The position numbers and the translations under genes were made by a program. A DNA stretch of 64,000 bases from an uncultured Acidobacteriota bacterium (GTDB lineage: Bacteria; Acidobacteriota; Thermoanaerobaculia; Multivoradales; UBA5704), in contig CAVYRF010000001.1 of assembly GCA_963770895.1 (NCBI GenBank), positions 32,001 to 96,000 of the forward strand. The letters are read 5' to 3'. The notes below the pieces were generated by a model that saw nothing but the letters and a program-made list of their open reading frames with translations, searched no databases and was not told where the DNA came from. This document shows positions 1 to 11,500 of this stretch, piece after piece (within the stretch, counting starts at the first letter, position 1; the number at the start of each line of letters is the position of its first letter).

Positions 1-7
1 GACGTCG

Positions 8-1105
8 GTGCTCGACGGCATCATGGACAAGGTGTCGACCGGATTCGCCGGCATGAGCTGGGACGGCACCGTCGAGGTGGCGCCCAAGGACCCCAAGACC
101 ACCGAAGACCAGAAGCGCTTTGCGATGAGCCCCGGGCTGCGCTACGAGGACCTGCAGCGGCTGACCGCCGCCTACCCGCGCATCACCGGATTCATCCCGC
201 GCGCCTACCAGAACCTGCCGGTGCGCCTGCCGGGCGGCAGCGAAAAGATCTTCGTCACCGGCGTCAACGCCGACTACTCCCAGATGATGAATCGCCCGAT
301 CGGCTTCGGCCGCGGCCTGACCGAAGACGACCTGCACCGCCATTCCACCGTCGCGGTGGCGGGCGCCACCCTGGCGTCCAAGCTGTTTGGCGGCGCCGAT
401 CCGGTCGGCCGCGACCTGGTGGTCCAGGGCATCAGCTTCCGCCTGGTCGGAGTGCAGGCGCCGGAGCAGATGTTCAGCGACGACAACTACATGGATGCCA
501 ACGGCCTGCTCATCCCGCTGACCACCTACATGGACCGCATCGACCCCGCCCACCAGCTCGCCAAGCTGGGCGTCAAGCTGGCCGCCAAGCGCGACATGGA
601 CGAGGTGTCGGCGTTGCTGCTGGGGCGCGTCAAGCAGGCCCACCACGGCATCGAAGACGTCGAGATCAAAAACCTGGACGCCGAAAAGGCCCGCTCCTAC
701 GAGAACTTCCTGCAGCAGATGCACGGTTGGAAGGTGGTGCTGTTCAGCCTGGCCGGCACCGTTCTGGTGGTGGGAGGCGTCGGCGTCCTGTCCGTGATGC
801 TGATCTCGCTGTCGGACCGCCGCTACGAGATCGGCCTGCGCAAGGCGATGGGCGCCACCGACCCGCAGATCTTCACCCAGTTCCTGCTCGAAGCCCTGGT
901 CCTGGCCGCGCTGGGCGCCGCCGCCGGCACCCTGGCCGGCAGCGCCGTCTGCCGCGCCCTGGCCGACAAGTTCCCCTGGGGGCTGATCGTCAACCCCCTG
1001 GGTCTGCTCGTCGCCTGGATCACCGCCCTGCTGCTGGCCGTCTGCTTCGGCCTCTATCCCGCCATCCGCGCCTCCCGCCTCTCCCCCATGGAAGCCATGC
1101 GGTAG
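8..1105 (+). CDS. ABC transporter permease, MacB/FtsX family (probably 5'-truncated by window edge)
   Basis: Periplasmic MacB-like region followed by an FtsX-type C-terminus (VGGVGVLSVMLISLSDRRYEIGLRKAMGA ... FGLYPAIRASRLSPMEAMR). Confidence 0.9.
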   Translation: MLDGIMDKVSTGFAGMSWDGTVEVAPKDPKTTEDQKRFAMSPGLRYEDLQRLTAAYPRITGFIPRAYQNLPVRLPGGSEKIFVTGVNADYSQMMNRPIGFGRGLTEDDLHRHSTVAVAGATLASKLFGGADPVGRDLVVQGISFRLVGVQAPEQMFSDDNYMDANGLLIPLTTYMDRIDPAHQLAKLGVKLAAKRDMDEVSALLLGRVKQAHHGIEDVEIKNLDAEKARSYENFLQQMHGWKVVLFSLAGTVLVVGGVGVLSVMLISLSDRRYEIGLRKAMGATDPQIFTQFLLEALVLAALGAAAGTLAGSAVCRALADKFPWGLIVNPLGLLVAWITALLLAVCFGLYPAIRASRLSPMEAMR

Positions 1106-1136
1106 CCGGGAGGGGGAGTGGGGCGGCGGCGCCCGG

Positions 1137-1610
1137 TCAAGCCGCCGGTCTGGCCGAGCGCAGCAGCGTCAGGGTGGAGTAGAGGTGGTGGGCTTCGTGG
1201 AGCAGGAAGAATTCGATCCAGTCGGCGATGGACATGGGGCCGAAGACGGCGTGGACACCGCGGCGGGCGAGGGCCGCGTCAGGCAGGGCGGTGACCGCGG
1301 CCACCAGGGCGGGCCGCAACCGCGTCAGCTCGCCGGTCACCTGGTCGAGCGGCAGCGCTGCCCAGCGCGGCCATTCGCTGTCTTCCTCGGCGCGATAGCG
1401 CGGTAGCTGCGGATCGGGCTCCGCCAGGATGAGCTCGATCCGCTGCAGGGTCACCGGGTGCAGGCGGCCGATATGGGCCAGCTGTTCGCGCGCCGACCAC
1501 TTGCCGGGCGCCGGCCGCCACTCGGCCGCCGCCGGCGCTGTGGCGGACAGCATCGTCGGCACGATGTCCAGCTGGGTACGCAGGCGCAGCAGGGTGGTTT
1601 CAGGCAGCAT
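1137..1610 (-). CDS. DinB-family protein
   Basis: ATG at 1610 inside the long ORF; WRPAPGKWSAREQLAH and HEAHHL metal-binding motifs typical of DinB_2. Confidence 0.85.
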   Translation of the reverse strand: MLPETTLLRLRTQLDIVPTMLSATAPAAAEWRPAPGKWSAREQLAHIGRLHPVTLQRIELILAEPDPQLPRYRAEEDSEWPRWAALPLDQVTGELTRLRPALVAAVTALPDAALARRGVHAVFGPMSIADWIEFFLLHEAHHLYSTLTLLRSARPAA

Positions 1611-1749
1611 GGCAACCTCGTCATGGTGCCGGCCGCAGGGCGGCCGGCGGTGTTGGACCGCGAGAACCGGATGTTCTACCGGGCCGTTGCAGGGATCATA
1701 GCGCCACTGGGCGGATGGTAGGATCGCCGGCGACCCGGAGGGAGATGCG

Positions 1750-2313
1750 ATGAGCGGCCGCAGCGATCGAGGCGCCGGCACCAGCAGTTCGCGCCGGAGG
1801 CTGCGCGCGGCGGTGCTGGCAGCGCTGGTCGCGGTCGTCGTGCTGCTGCTCATCGGACGCCGGCAGGCGGCGCCCGGGGGGGCGGCGGGCTTGCTGGGAC
1901 CAGGGTTTGGGCGGGGGCGGGGGCCGGCGAGCGCGGCGCCGGCGGGCGGGGCGAGCGCGGCCGGGGCGACGCTGCGGGTGGTGTCGGTGACGCTTGGCAA
2001 GGCGGTCGGGCCTGACAAGCGGGTGACCGCTGCGGCGAAGACCTTCGGCAAGGACGACACGATCTTCGCCGTGGTCGCGACCGAGGGCACGGCGTCGAAC
2101 GCCAACCTGACGGCCAGCTGGAGCGCGATGGGGGGCCTGCGCGGCAAGCGCACGATCAGCGCCGACACGCTGGTCGTCTCGCCGGCGGGCGCGGCGCAGA
2201 CCGTCTTCCAGATCCTGGCGCGCAAGGACGGCTGGGCCGCCGGCGACTACCAGGTGGAGATCCTGCTGGATGCCAGGGCGGTCGCCGCGCAGTCGTTCCG
2301 GGTGGTGCGCTGA
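1750..2313 (+). CDS. Membrane-anchored hypothetical protein with probable Ig-like beta-sandwich
   Basis: N-terminal TM segment, Gly/Ala linker, C-terminal GWAAGDYQVEILLD motif; GGAG RBS upstream. Confidence 0.7.
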   Translation: MSGRSDRGAGTSSSRRRLRAAVLAALVAVVVLLLIGRRQAAPGGAAGLLGPGFGRGRGPASAAPAGGASAAGATLRVVSVTLGKAVGPDKRVTAAAKTFGKDDTIFAVVATEGTASNANLTASWSAMGGLRGKRTISADTLVVSPAGAAQTVFQILARKDGWAAGDYQVEILLDARAVAAQSFRVVR

Positions 2314-2378
2314 TTGTCCCGGGATCGGCGCTCGTGACAACCTCCTCTGTAGAGCCTGACTGAATTCGAGGTGACACG

Positions 2379-4220
2379 ATGCCTACGATGCTGCGATCGG
2401 AGGAGGTGACGGTGGCGGGCAGGGCCAGAGCGCTGGCGGTCCTGGCGTTGTTCCTGGCGGCGGCGTACGTGCCGGCGGTCAGCGCGGCGCAGGGGCAGGC
2501 GGCCCCGGCAGGATCTGGAGCGGCGGCGCCCCCGGCGTCGCCGATGCCCCCTCCGAATGCTGCGCCCGAAGCGGCCGTCGCGCCGTTGGAAGAGTCGATC
2601 GAGGTCACGGTGGTCAGCCTGGACGTGGTGGTGCGCGACCGCTCGGGGAACCTGGTGCCGGGCTTGAAGCGGTCGGACTTCAAGCTGTTCGTGGATGGCA
2701 AGCCGGTCGACATCACCAACTTTTCCGCCTCCGGCCCCGGCCAGGCGCCGACCCCGGCGCCCGCCACGGCCGCCGCAGCTCCGGCGTCCCCGCCGGCGGC
2801 CGCCGCGGAAGAGGGTGCGCCGGCGCCGCAACACCTGTCGCTGGTGGTCTTTGTCGACAACGCGAACATGCGGCCGTTCGACCGCAACCGGCTGCTCAAG
2901 CAGCTGCGCGCGTTCCTGCAGAAGACCTTGCGGCCCGACGACCAGGTGCTGCTGGTCACCCACGATCCAGGGCTCCGCGTCCGCCATCTCTTCCACGACA
3001 GCGCTGCGTCGCTGTACTCCACCCTGGAGCAGCTGGAAAAGGAATCGGCGGTCGGTCTCAACCGGGACATCGCGGCGCGCCAGGAGCTGGACGAGCTGCG
3101 CGACCAGGTCAAGACCAACGGCTGCGGCGCGGTCGCCGGGGCGGTCAGCCAGGCCAAGTCGGACGCGGAGTCGGCGCTTGCCGACGCGCGGGAGACGTAT
3201 GGGACGTTGCATCACCTGCTCAAGTCGCTGGGCGGGGTCGGCGGGCGCAAGGCGCTGATCTATGTCGGCGACGGCATGGCCACTCACGTCGGCACGGCCA
3301 GCCTGGGGATGCTCCAGGATCTGTGCCCCAATGCGCATGTCACCTTCGAGGCGCTCGACGCGACGCCGCCGATGCGCCAGGTGATCGCCGACGCCAACGC
3401 CAACCTGATCACCTTCTACGCGCTGGAGGCGCGCGGCCTGGACGCCTACGTGTCCACCGAGCACGCCGGCAAGCCGCTGCTGTCGTTCGAGGTGTCGCGG
3501 CTGGCCGCGGTCGACCGGCAGGATTCGCTGCTCAGCCTGGCACGCGAGACCGGGGGTCGCGCGGCGATCAACGGCAACGATTTTGGCCGCGACCTGGAGG
3601 CGATGGCGACCGAGATGAACGCGTCGTATTCGCTCGGCTTCACCCCCGGCCACGCCGGCGAGGGCAAGGCGCACGACATCCGCGTCGAAGTGGACGTGCC
3701 GGGCAGCCGCGTCACCTACCGCAACAGCTACCGCGACCGCACCCTCCAGGAGCGCCTGGAAAGCCAGGTCGAAGCGGTGTTGATCCACGCCCAGACCGAC
3801 AACCCGCTGGCCGCGTCGGTCAAGATCGGCGACGCCGCGCCCGCCGAGCACGGCCGCGTGCTGCTGGCGGTGCAGGTCCGCGTGCCGTTCGGCAAGCTGG
3901 CCCTGGCGCCTGCCGCGGACGGCCGCCACGGCCGCGTCGACATCGTGTTCGGCGCCGCCGATGCCCGCGGTGCCATGGCACCTCTGCAGCGCATGCAGCT
4001 GCCGCTGCGCGTCCCCGAGGCGGACGCCAAGCGGGTGCTCGCCAGCCAGCTTGGCTACGACGCGAAGCTGCTGCTGACGCCCGGCCGCCAGCGGCTCGCC
4101 TTCCTGGTCCGGGACGACGTGGCGCGGATCTCTTCGTCGGTCGTTCAAGAGGTCGACGTGGACAAGGCGGGGAAGGTCACGCTGGCCGCCGCAGCGGCCG
4201 GTGGGCCTGCCGCACCCTGA
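2379..4220 (+). CDS. VWFA-related Acidobacterial domain protein
   Basis: Signal peptide; VVSLDVVVRDRSGNLVPGLKRSDFKLFVDG, GRKALIYVGDG and LARETGG...YSLGFTP motifs. Confidence 0.85.
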   Translation: MPTMLRSEEVTVAGRARALAVLALFLAAAYVPAVSAAQGQAAPAGSGAAAPPASPMPPPNAAPEAAVAPLEESIEVTVVSLDVVVRDRSGNLVPGLKRSDFKLFVDGKPVDITNFSASGPGQAPTPAPATAAAAPASPPAAAAEEGAPAPQHLSLVVFVDNANMRPFDRNRLLKQLRAFLQKTLRPDDQVLLVTHDPGLRVRHLFHDSAASLYSTLEQLEKESAVGLNRDIAARQELDELRDQVKTNGCGAVAGAVSQAKSDAESALADARETYGTLHHLLKSLGGVGGRKALIYVGDGMATHVGTASLGMLQDLCPNAHVTFEALDATPPMRQVIADANANLITFYALEARGLDAYVSTEHAGKPLLSFEVSRLAAVDRQDSLLSLARETGGRAAINGNDFGRDLEAMATEMNASYSLGFTPGHAGEGKAHDIRVEVDVPGSRVTYRNSYRDRTLQERLESQVEAVLIHAQTDNPLAASVKIGDAAPAEHGRVLLAVQVRVPFGKLALAPAADGRHGRVDIVFGAADARGAMAPLQRMQLPLRVPEADAKRVLASQLGYDAKLLLTPGRQRLAFLVRDDVARISSSVVQEVDVDKAGKVTLAAAAAGGPAAP

Positions 4221-4305
4221 CCGGCGGTGTTGGCGGGGGGGGCGGGTGCCGGCGGCCGGGGGGCCGCTCGCCGCAACGTCCGGATTGGCTGCAAGGGGGA
4301 TCGCG

Positions 4306-6120
4306 ATGCGCGTGAGGGTGGGCAGGGATGGCCGCGTGGTGCTGATGACGCTGACGGCGGCAGTGGTGCTTTGCTGCCGGCTGGGTTGGGCGCAGCAGGT
4401 GCGCATGCCGCTCGAACAGTACGAGCAGCTGCGGGCGCGGGCGCGGCCGGTGGAGGTGGCCGAGCTGGCGCCGGCGGCGCCGTTCGCGCTGGAGAGCGAC
4501 CAGCTGGCGGTGACGGCGGGCGCGACCAGCGCGCGGGTGGTGCAGACGCTGGTGGTGCGGGCGCTGGCGGCGGACTGGCTGACCATTCCGGTGGGGGAGA
4601 TGGGGGGGCTGGTCGATGCCGACCTGGGCGGCTTCGAAGGCCGGGTGGCCAACGCCGGCGGCGGCGTGACGCTCATCGTGCGCGGCAAGGGGGTGCACAC
4701 GGTGCGCCTGGAATCGGTGGTGCCGGTGGCGCGCGACGCGGCGGCGACGCGGGCGACCTGGGGATTCAAGCTGCGGCTGCCGCCGGCGGCGGTGGCAAAG
4801 GGCGAGCTGGCCCTGGTGGCGCCGCTCGCCGCGTCCGTGGACCAGGTGACGCTGGGTGAGGGCGGCGTGCTGCTGCGCGGCGGCGCGGGCTGGAGCTTTG
4901 CCGCGGTGCCGGGCAAGGAGATGGAGGTGCGCCTGCTGGGGGTCGCGGAAACGCCGGAGCGGGCGCGATTGCCGCTGCGCTGGGATGCCACCGCGGCGAC
5001 GTGGGCGGTGGCGTCGCGCAACCGTCTGCAGGTGCGCGCCTGGGTGGTGGCGCGGGTGGCGCAGGGACAGCTCGAGGAGCTCAGGCTGCGCCTGCCCGAA
5101 GGCTGCACGGTGGAGCGGGTCGGCGGCCCGGTGGCGGGTTGGAAGGTCGAGGGCGGCGTCCTGGTGGTGACGCCGCTGGTACCCGCCCAGGATCTGCTGA
5201 AGGTGTCGGTGGAGCTGACCGGCGCCGCGAGCGACGCCTTCGCGTCGCCGCTGCTGCTGCCGCTGGGCGCCGCCCGCACGGTGCTGCTGGCGCGCGCCAC
5301 GGTCGAAGGGGACGGGCTGCTGGAGTTGGCCGATCCCGGCGCGGCGCACGCCGCCGACGAGGTGGAGCTGGCGCCGGTGGCGGCGGACCTGGGGGCGCCC
5401 GCCGGCGCCAAGGTGGTGCGCGTCGACGACGCGGCGCGGCCGCCGCGCTGGCATGCGATCTGGGCGGAGGGCACGCAGGTCCTGGCGGCGCAGACCGACG
5501 AGCTGTGGGTGGAGGTGGCGGCCGGCGAGGCGGGGCGGGCGTCGTACCAGGTGTGGGCGGCGGTGCGCAATCGCGGCGCGGCCAACCTGGCGGTGTCGCT
5601 GCCCGCCGGCTTTCAGCTGTCGGCAGCCAGCCGCGACGGGGTGCCGGTGCCGCCGGGCGTCGGCGCCGACCAGGCGCTGCTGGTGCCGCTGGGCAGCCGC
5701 GACGCGCCGCAGGTGGTGCACCTGGCGGGGCTGATCCCCTGGCCGCTGCCCGGTGACGGCGGCGGCAAGCTGCAGGTGCCGTTGCCGGCGCTGTCGGCGC
5801 CGGCGGCGGGCGTCTGGGTGCGCGCGCTGCTCCCCGGCGACCGCACCTATACGCTTGCCGACGCCACGCGCGCCACCGCCGCCGCCACCTTTGCGCCGCC
5901 GATGCCGGTGGCGGTTGGCTCCAGGTCGGCGCCGGCGGCGGATCTCGCCGGCCAGATGACGCTGCGGCCGGCCGCCGGCGCCGCCCTGGACGGCGGCGCA
6001 CCCACCGCGCTGGGCTCCGGCTTCGTCGAGATCGACGCCGCCTGGAGCGCCCTGTCGAGCAACCCCGCTCCCCTGCTCCTGCAGGTCGCCGCCAGGAAGG
6101 AGAAAGCGTCATGGTTCTGA
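4306..6120 (+). CDS. Secreted hypothetical protein (paralog of downstream gene)
   Basis: AAGGGGG RBS before ATG 4306; signal peptide; GC-rich third codon positions; overlaps start of next gene. Confidence 0.7.
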   Translation: MRVRVGRDGRVVLMTLTAAVVLCCRLGWAQQVRMPLEQYEQLRARARPVEVAELAPAAPFALESDQLAVTAGATSARVVQTLVVRALAADWLTIPVGEMGGLVDADLGGFEGRVANAGGGVTLIVRGKGVHTVRLESVVPVARDAAATRATWGFKLRLPPAAVAKGELALVAPLAASVDQVTLGEGGVLLRGGAGWSFAAVPGKEMEVRLLGVAETPERARLPLRWDATAATWAVASRNRLQVRAWVVARVAQGQLEELRLRLPEGCTVERVGGPVAGWKVEGGVLVVTPLVPAQDLLKVSVELTGAASDAFASPLLLPLGAARTVLLARATVEGDGLLELADPGAAHAADEVELAPVAADLGAPAGAKVVRVDDAARPPRWHAIWAEGTQVLAAQTDELWVEVAAGEAGRASYQVWAAVRNRGAANLAVSLPAGFQLSAASRDGVPVPPGVGADQALLVPLGSRDAPQVVHLAGLIPWPLPGDGGGKLQVPLPALSAPAAGVWVRALLPGDRTYTLADATRATAAATFAPPMPVAVGSRSAPAADLAGQMTLRPAAGAALDGGAPTALGSGFVEIDAAWSALSSNPAPLLLQVAARKEKASWF

Positions 6121-8222
6121 CCGCCGCGTGCCGTGGGTGGGCGATTGCGATGGCGATGCCGCTGTGCGCCGCGCTGGCGGTGGCGGCGCCGCCGGCGACG
6201 CCGGCAGGGGCCGAGCCGCCGGCGCCGGGCGCGGCATGGCCGGCGGATTGGAAAGGCGAGGTGAGCCTTTCGCTGCACGACTACCTGGAGCTCGAACAGA
6301 GCGCCGAGCTGGCCGACCAGGCGCGGGCTCGCGACAAGGATCACCAGGAGCCGCGGCTGGCCGAAGTGGTGGCGCAGCGCAGCCGCCTGGACTACGACGG
6401 GCCGGCCGCGCCCCCGGCGCCGGCGGCTCCGACACCGCCGGGAGCCGGCGCGGTGCGCGCCGCCGCCCCCGCTGCCGGCGCCGGCGAGGCATGGCTGGAT
6501 TCCGAGCTGGAGGTCGTGGTGCAGGGCAAGCCGCTGGCGCCGGTGAGCCTGCCGGTCGCCGGTACGGTGGTCTCGGCCGAAGTGCGCGGTGACGCCGGCA
6601 GGGCCGCCGCGGTGCTCGACGGCTCCGGCGCCGTCGGCGCCGGCCTGGTCCTGGTCGCCGTGGTTCCCGGCCGGTACACGGTGCACGTGCGTTGCAAGGT
6701 GGTGGCGGCAAGCGATGGCGGCGTGATCCGCCTGGCCCTGCCGCGCACCCACGCGCAGGTCGCGGTGGTCGACGTCAATCTGCCCTCCGCGCTGGCCTGG
6801 GAGAGCCCCGGTGCCGTGGTGGCCGAGGATCGTGTCCAGGGCGACCGCCGCCTGCTGCGGCTGTCGGCCGCGCGCGGCGCCGAGCCGCGCCTGGAGATCC
6901 GCCGTACGGTGGCGGGGAGCGAGGCCGCACAGCTCCTGGTGCAGGACGTGGTGACGACGTTCCTGCAGGTGCGCCCGGAAGGGACCTGGCGCCATGACGT
7001 GGTGCTGTACGACGTGGCGCGCGGCGAGCTGGGCGAATTTGCGGTGGACCTGCCGGCGGGCCTCACCGTCGAGCGCGCCGGCACCGACGAGGGGGCGGCC
7101 GATCCGATCGTCACCGGCAACCGCCTGGTGGTGCACCGGCAGCGCCGGCTGCACGGCACGGGCTATCTGGTCCTGACCTCGCGGCCGGCGGCGCCCGGCG
7201 GGGCGGTACCCCTGGGTGCGGTCGAAGTCGCTCCGGCGCCGCGCGCCCGCTACCTGGCGGTCGCCGCGGGCGTCGCCGGCCAAACGCAGCCGCTGCCCGC
7301 CGCGGCCTGGACGCGCGTCGACCTGGACGACCTGCCGGTCGAGATGCGCGGCGCGCTGGCCGCGCTGGACGCCGTCGCCGCCTGGCGGCTGGCCGCCGCC
7401 GCGCCGGCGGGCGGCGCGTTGGCGCTGCAGGTGACGCCTGCCGCCCGCGCCGCGCTGCTTGCCACCCTGGTGCGGCGGCGGGTCACGACCACCTTGTTGA
7501 CGGTGGATGGGACGCTTCTGCACCGCGACCGTTTCGAGCTGGGCCAGGCGGGCGACACCCTGGACCTGACGCTGCCCGCCGGCGCCACCCTGTGGTCGGC
7601 CTCCGTGGACGGCGTGGCGGTGCGGCCGCTGACGCGCGATGCCACGGGGCGATCGCTCACCGTGCCGCTGGGCGGCGGCGCTGCCAAGGTCGTCGAGGTG
7701 GTGGCGGTGGCGGCGGGGGCGATCGCCCCCGGGCGCTCGCAGCTCGACCTGGAACTGGCGCAGGTGCAGGCGCCGGTCGTCGAGCACCGCTGGCAGGTGC
7801 TGCTGCCCGAAAACGCCAGCTACCGCTTCCGCGGCGGCGACCTGCGTCCGGTCGTGCCGACGTTTCGCGGCGGCGCGGCGCGCAACGAGCCGGTCGAAGG
7901 CGGGATGCCGGCGCCGCCGCCGATCGCCGCCGCCGCGCCCAAGGCGGTCGACCGGCTCAACGTCGGCGGCAACGAAGCCGGCCAGAACGCCCTCTACGTC
8001 AAGCCGGGCGCCATCATCGCCGCGGCGGAGCTGGCCGAGGTGCCGGTCCTGGACGCCAGGCAGGCCCCCAAGGTGCTGGACGAGCTGCGCCAGGGCCTGG
8101 TCGGCGGCGTGCGCCCGCTGCCGGTGACCATTCCGCAGACCGGCAAAGGGCTGGTCCTGGCCGGCCTGCTGCCGCCGCCGGCCGTGCACCTGCAGCTGGA
8201 GACCAGGGCCGCCCGGCGGTAG
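6111..8222 (+). CDS. Secreted hypothetical protein (paralog of upstream gene)
   Basis: AAGGAG RBS; signal peptide; shares motifs with 4306-6120 (LPAGATLWSASVDG versus LPAGFQLSAASRDG). Confidence 0.7.
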   Translation: MVLTAACRGWAIAMAMPLCAALAVAAPPATPAGAEPPAPGAAWPADWKGEVSLSLHDYLELEQSAELADQARARDKDHQEPRLAEVVAQRSRLDYDGPAAPPAPAAPTPPGAGAVRAAAPAAGAGEAWLDSELEVVVQGKPLAPVSLPVAGTVVSAEVRGDAGRAAAVLDGSGAVGAGLVLVAVVPGRYTVHVRCKVVAASDGGVIRLALPRTHAQVAVVDVNLPSALAWESPGAVVAEDRVQGDRRLLRLSAARGAEPRLEIRRTVAGSEAAQLLVQDVVTTFLQVRPEGTWRHDVVLYDVARGELGEFAVDLPAGLTVERAGTDEGAADPIVTGNRLVVHRQRRLHGTGYLVLTSRPAAPGGAVPLGAVEVAPAPRARYLAVAAGVAGQTQPLPAAAWTRVDLDDLPVEMRGALAALDAVAAWRLAAAAPAGGALALQVTPAARAALLATLVRRRVTTTLLTVDGTLLHRDRFELGQAGDTLDLTLPAGATLWSASVDGVAVRPLTRDATGRSLTVPLGGGAAKVVEVVAVAAGAIAPGRSQLDLELAQVQAPVVEHRWQVLLPENASYRFRGGDLRPVVPTFRGGAARNEPVEGGMPAPPPIAAAAPKAVDRLNVGGNEAGQNALYVKPGAIIAAAELAEVPVLDARQAPKVLDELRQGLVGGVRPLPVTIPQTGKGLVLAGLLPPPAVHLQLETRAARR

Positions 8223-8529
8223 GCCGCAACGCCGGTCGGCGGCGATTGAACCGCGGGTTGCCGGCGCGGGACTCACCTCTATCCGATTCTGGGTGGTCGC
8301 TGGCGCGAGCCGGCGCCGCCACTGCCTTGCTGTCACCCGGCGGTCACCGCGGCACCGGCACGCGGCCGCCCGCGGGCGGCCGTACCGCGGCGGCACGCCG
8401 CTTTGCGGCAGGGGGGCCAGGGTATCGAAATCGCGTGCGAGGTTGAATTCGACCGCCGAATGCGATACCTTGACAGACTCAGCGAGCCTTCAAAGTGTTA
8501 CGCAAATGAGCCGGATTCGAGGAGGTCAC

Positions 8530-11500
8530 ATGTCACGAGGTCTGCCACAGCTCTCTCGCATGGCGCTCAGCGTCGCGCTCGGGCTGGCGGTCACAACCGC
8601 CGCCTTTGCAGCGCCAGTGGGCACAGTTCAGCATCCGTTCCAGGCCAGCAAGCTGCCGGCCAAAACTCTTGCCGCCAAATTGCCGATCGGCCAGGATGGC
8701 CGCGTCGCGGTGATGGTGGATCTGGTCGACACGCCGGCGGCGATCGACTACGCCAGGGCGCTCAACGACGCCACGGTGCCCAAGGCCACGGCGCTGGCCA
8801 ATGCCCGCGCCGCCGCCAAGGCCAAGGTGGCGCTGCTGGCGCCCCGCCAGGCGGACCTGGCGGCACGGCTGACCGGCTCGCCGATCAACGCCGTGGAGCT
8901 GTTCCGCGCCGCCAAGGCGCTCAACGCGATCGCCGTCCGCGTCGAGCCGCGGCAGATCGAAGCCATCCGCGCGCTGCCCGGCGTCAAGAAGGTGCGGGTG
9001 ATCACCCCTGAGCATCCGCTCAACGCCACCAGCGTCCCCTTCATCGGTGCGCCGCAGCTGTGGGCGAACACCCTGGGCCTGCCCGCCGGCGCGACCGGCG
9101 CCGGCATCACCATCGGCATCATCGACACCGGCGTCGACTACCAGCATCCGATGTTCGGCGGCACCGGCGCGCTCGCCGACTACCAGGCCAACGACCGCGT
9201 GCACATCAGCCCGGGGCTGTTCCCGACCGCCAAGGTGATCGGCGGCTACGACTTTGCCGGCGACGATTACAACGGCGCCAACAACCCGGCCCCCGATCCC
9301 AACCCGACGGACTGCGACAACCACGGTTCGCACGTCGCCGGCACCGCCGCGGGATTTGGCGTCAACGCCGACGGCACCACCTACAAGGGCCCGTACGGCC
9401 CGACGCAGACGCCGTTCAGCTCGCTGCGCATCGGTCCCGGCGTGGCGCCCCAGGCCAGCCTGTACGCCATCCGCATCTTCGGTTGCGGCGGCAGCACCAA
9501 CCTGACGGTCCAGGGCATCGAATTCGCCATGGATCCCAGCGGCAAGGGCGACTTTTCCGACCACGTGGACGTCATCAACATGTCGCTCGGCTCCGACTTC
9601 GGCGGCCTGGCGGACACCAGCGCCGAAGCCGCCGAAAACGCGGCAGCCATCGGCGTGATCGTGGTCTCCGCGGCCGGCAACGCCGGCGACACCTACTTCA
9701 TCACCGGCTCGCCGGGCACCGCCACCCATTCGATCGCGGCGGCGGCGATCACCGACAGCGGCGTCCCCGGAGCGGTGCTGCAGGTCACGGCGCCTCCCGC
9801 CGTGGCGGGCAGCTACGCGGCGGCAGCCGCGGCGTTCGGCTTCACGCAGACGCCCAATCCCAGCGGCCAGACCGGCAACATCGTGCCTGTCGCCTCCGCC
9901 ACCGGCACCGCCAACCAGGGCTGCGACGGCAACTACACCAACGCGGCGCAGATCAGCGGCGCGATCGCGCTGATCCAGCGCGGCACCTGCAGCTTCCAGC
10001 AGAAGGTGGGCAACGCCCAGGCTGCCGGCGCGATCGGTGCCATCGTCTACAACAACGTGCCGGGCGACCCCAGCCTGATCTCCATGGGTCCCGCCGCGGC
10101 GACGCCGATCATCACCATCCCGTCGATCTTCATCTCCGACAGCGACGGCACGGCGCTCGCCGCACAAACCGGTGTCGTCGGTACCCTGGCCGCCGCCAAC
10201 GCCGGCGACGTGCTGGCGTCGTTCAGCTCGCGCGGTCCCTTGGGCGGCGGCAGCCTTCCCATCCTGCTCAAGCCTGACGTGGCGGCGCCCGGCGTCAGCA
10301 TCCCCTCCACGCAGTCGGGCATGACCTGCACCACCGCCTCCAACCTGGGCTGCATCGTGCCCAGCGCCTCCGGCTACATTCCGGGCGGCCAGGTGCTGGT
10401 CCTGTCGGGCACCTCGATGGCGACGCCGCACACCGCCGGCACCATGGCGCTGTTGCGCCAGCTCCACCCCGACTGGCCGGTCGAGGAGCTCAAGGCGCTG
10501 GTGATGAACGGCGCCGTGCACAACGCCACGGTGGGCGCCGAAGGTTCGGGCCTGACCTACGGCCTCGGCCGGGTCGGCGCCGGCCGCGTCGACATCCCGA
10601 CGTCGGCGCTCAACAACGTCACCGCCTTCAACGACGAAAACTCGGGCGAAGTTACGATGAGCTTCGACGGCGCGATCTTCGGCACCGTCAACCAGGTCAA
10701 GGGCCTGCGGCTGGTCAACCACGCCTCGCAGCCGGCCACCTTCGACCTGGGCATCGACACCCTGACGCAGGCGCCGGGCGTCAACTTCACGCTGGCCAAT
10801 CCCGGCCAGACCTCGGTCACCGTGCCGGGCAATACCTCCATCGTCCTGCCGGTCGAAATGCAGGCCGACGCGTCCAAGATGGACCACACCGCGGACGTGA
10901 CCGTCGCACCGGTGCAGGCGGCGCCGGCGCCGTTCTCCGCCCTGGGCAACCTGCCGCGCCAGTGGCTCACCGAAGCCGGCTCGTACCTGACGTTCAGCCA
11001 GGGCGGCACGACCAAGATGCGGGTGCCTCTCTATTCCACCCCACGCCCGGTTTCGCAGATGGTCGGCGCCTGGCCGATCGCCACCGGCGGCGCCGCCTCG
11101 GGCACGTCCCAGGTGGACCTGCTGGGAGCCGGCGTCTGCACCGGCACCGTCGCCGACGGTTCTTGCAACGGCAACTTCCCGCTGACCGAGGCGTCGCTGG
11201 TGACGCCGTTCGAGCTGCAGGTCAACAATCCGATGGATCCGACGGTGCCCGGTTTCGCCAACATCAAGTACGTCGGCGTGTCCTACGACGCGACCGACGA
11301 CCTGCTGCTGTTCGGCATCACCACCTGGGGTCCGTGGTCGTCGCAGAGCGACGTGGCCTTCAACATCTTCATCGACACCCAGAACAACGGCACGTTCGAC
11401 AAGATCGTGTTCAACAGCAACCCCGGCGTCCTGGCGTCGGCGCTCGGCGCCAGCGCCAACGGCACCGATAGCTTCATCAGCGGCTTCCTGGACGTCGCCT

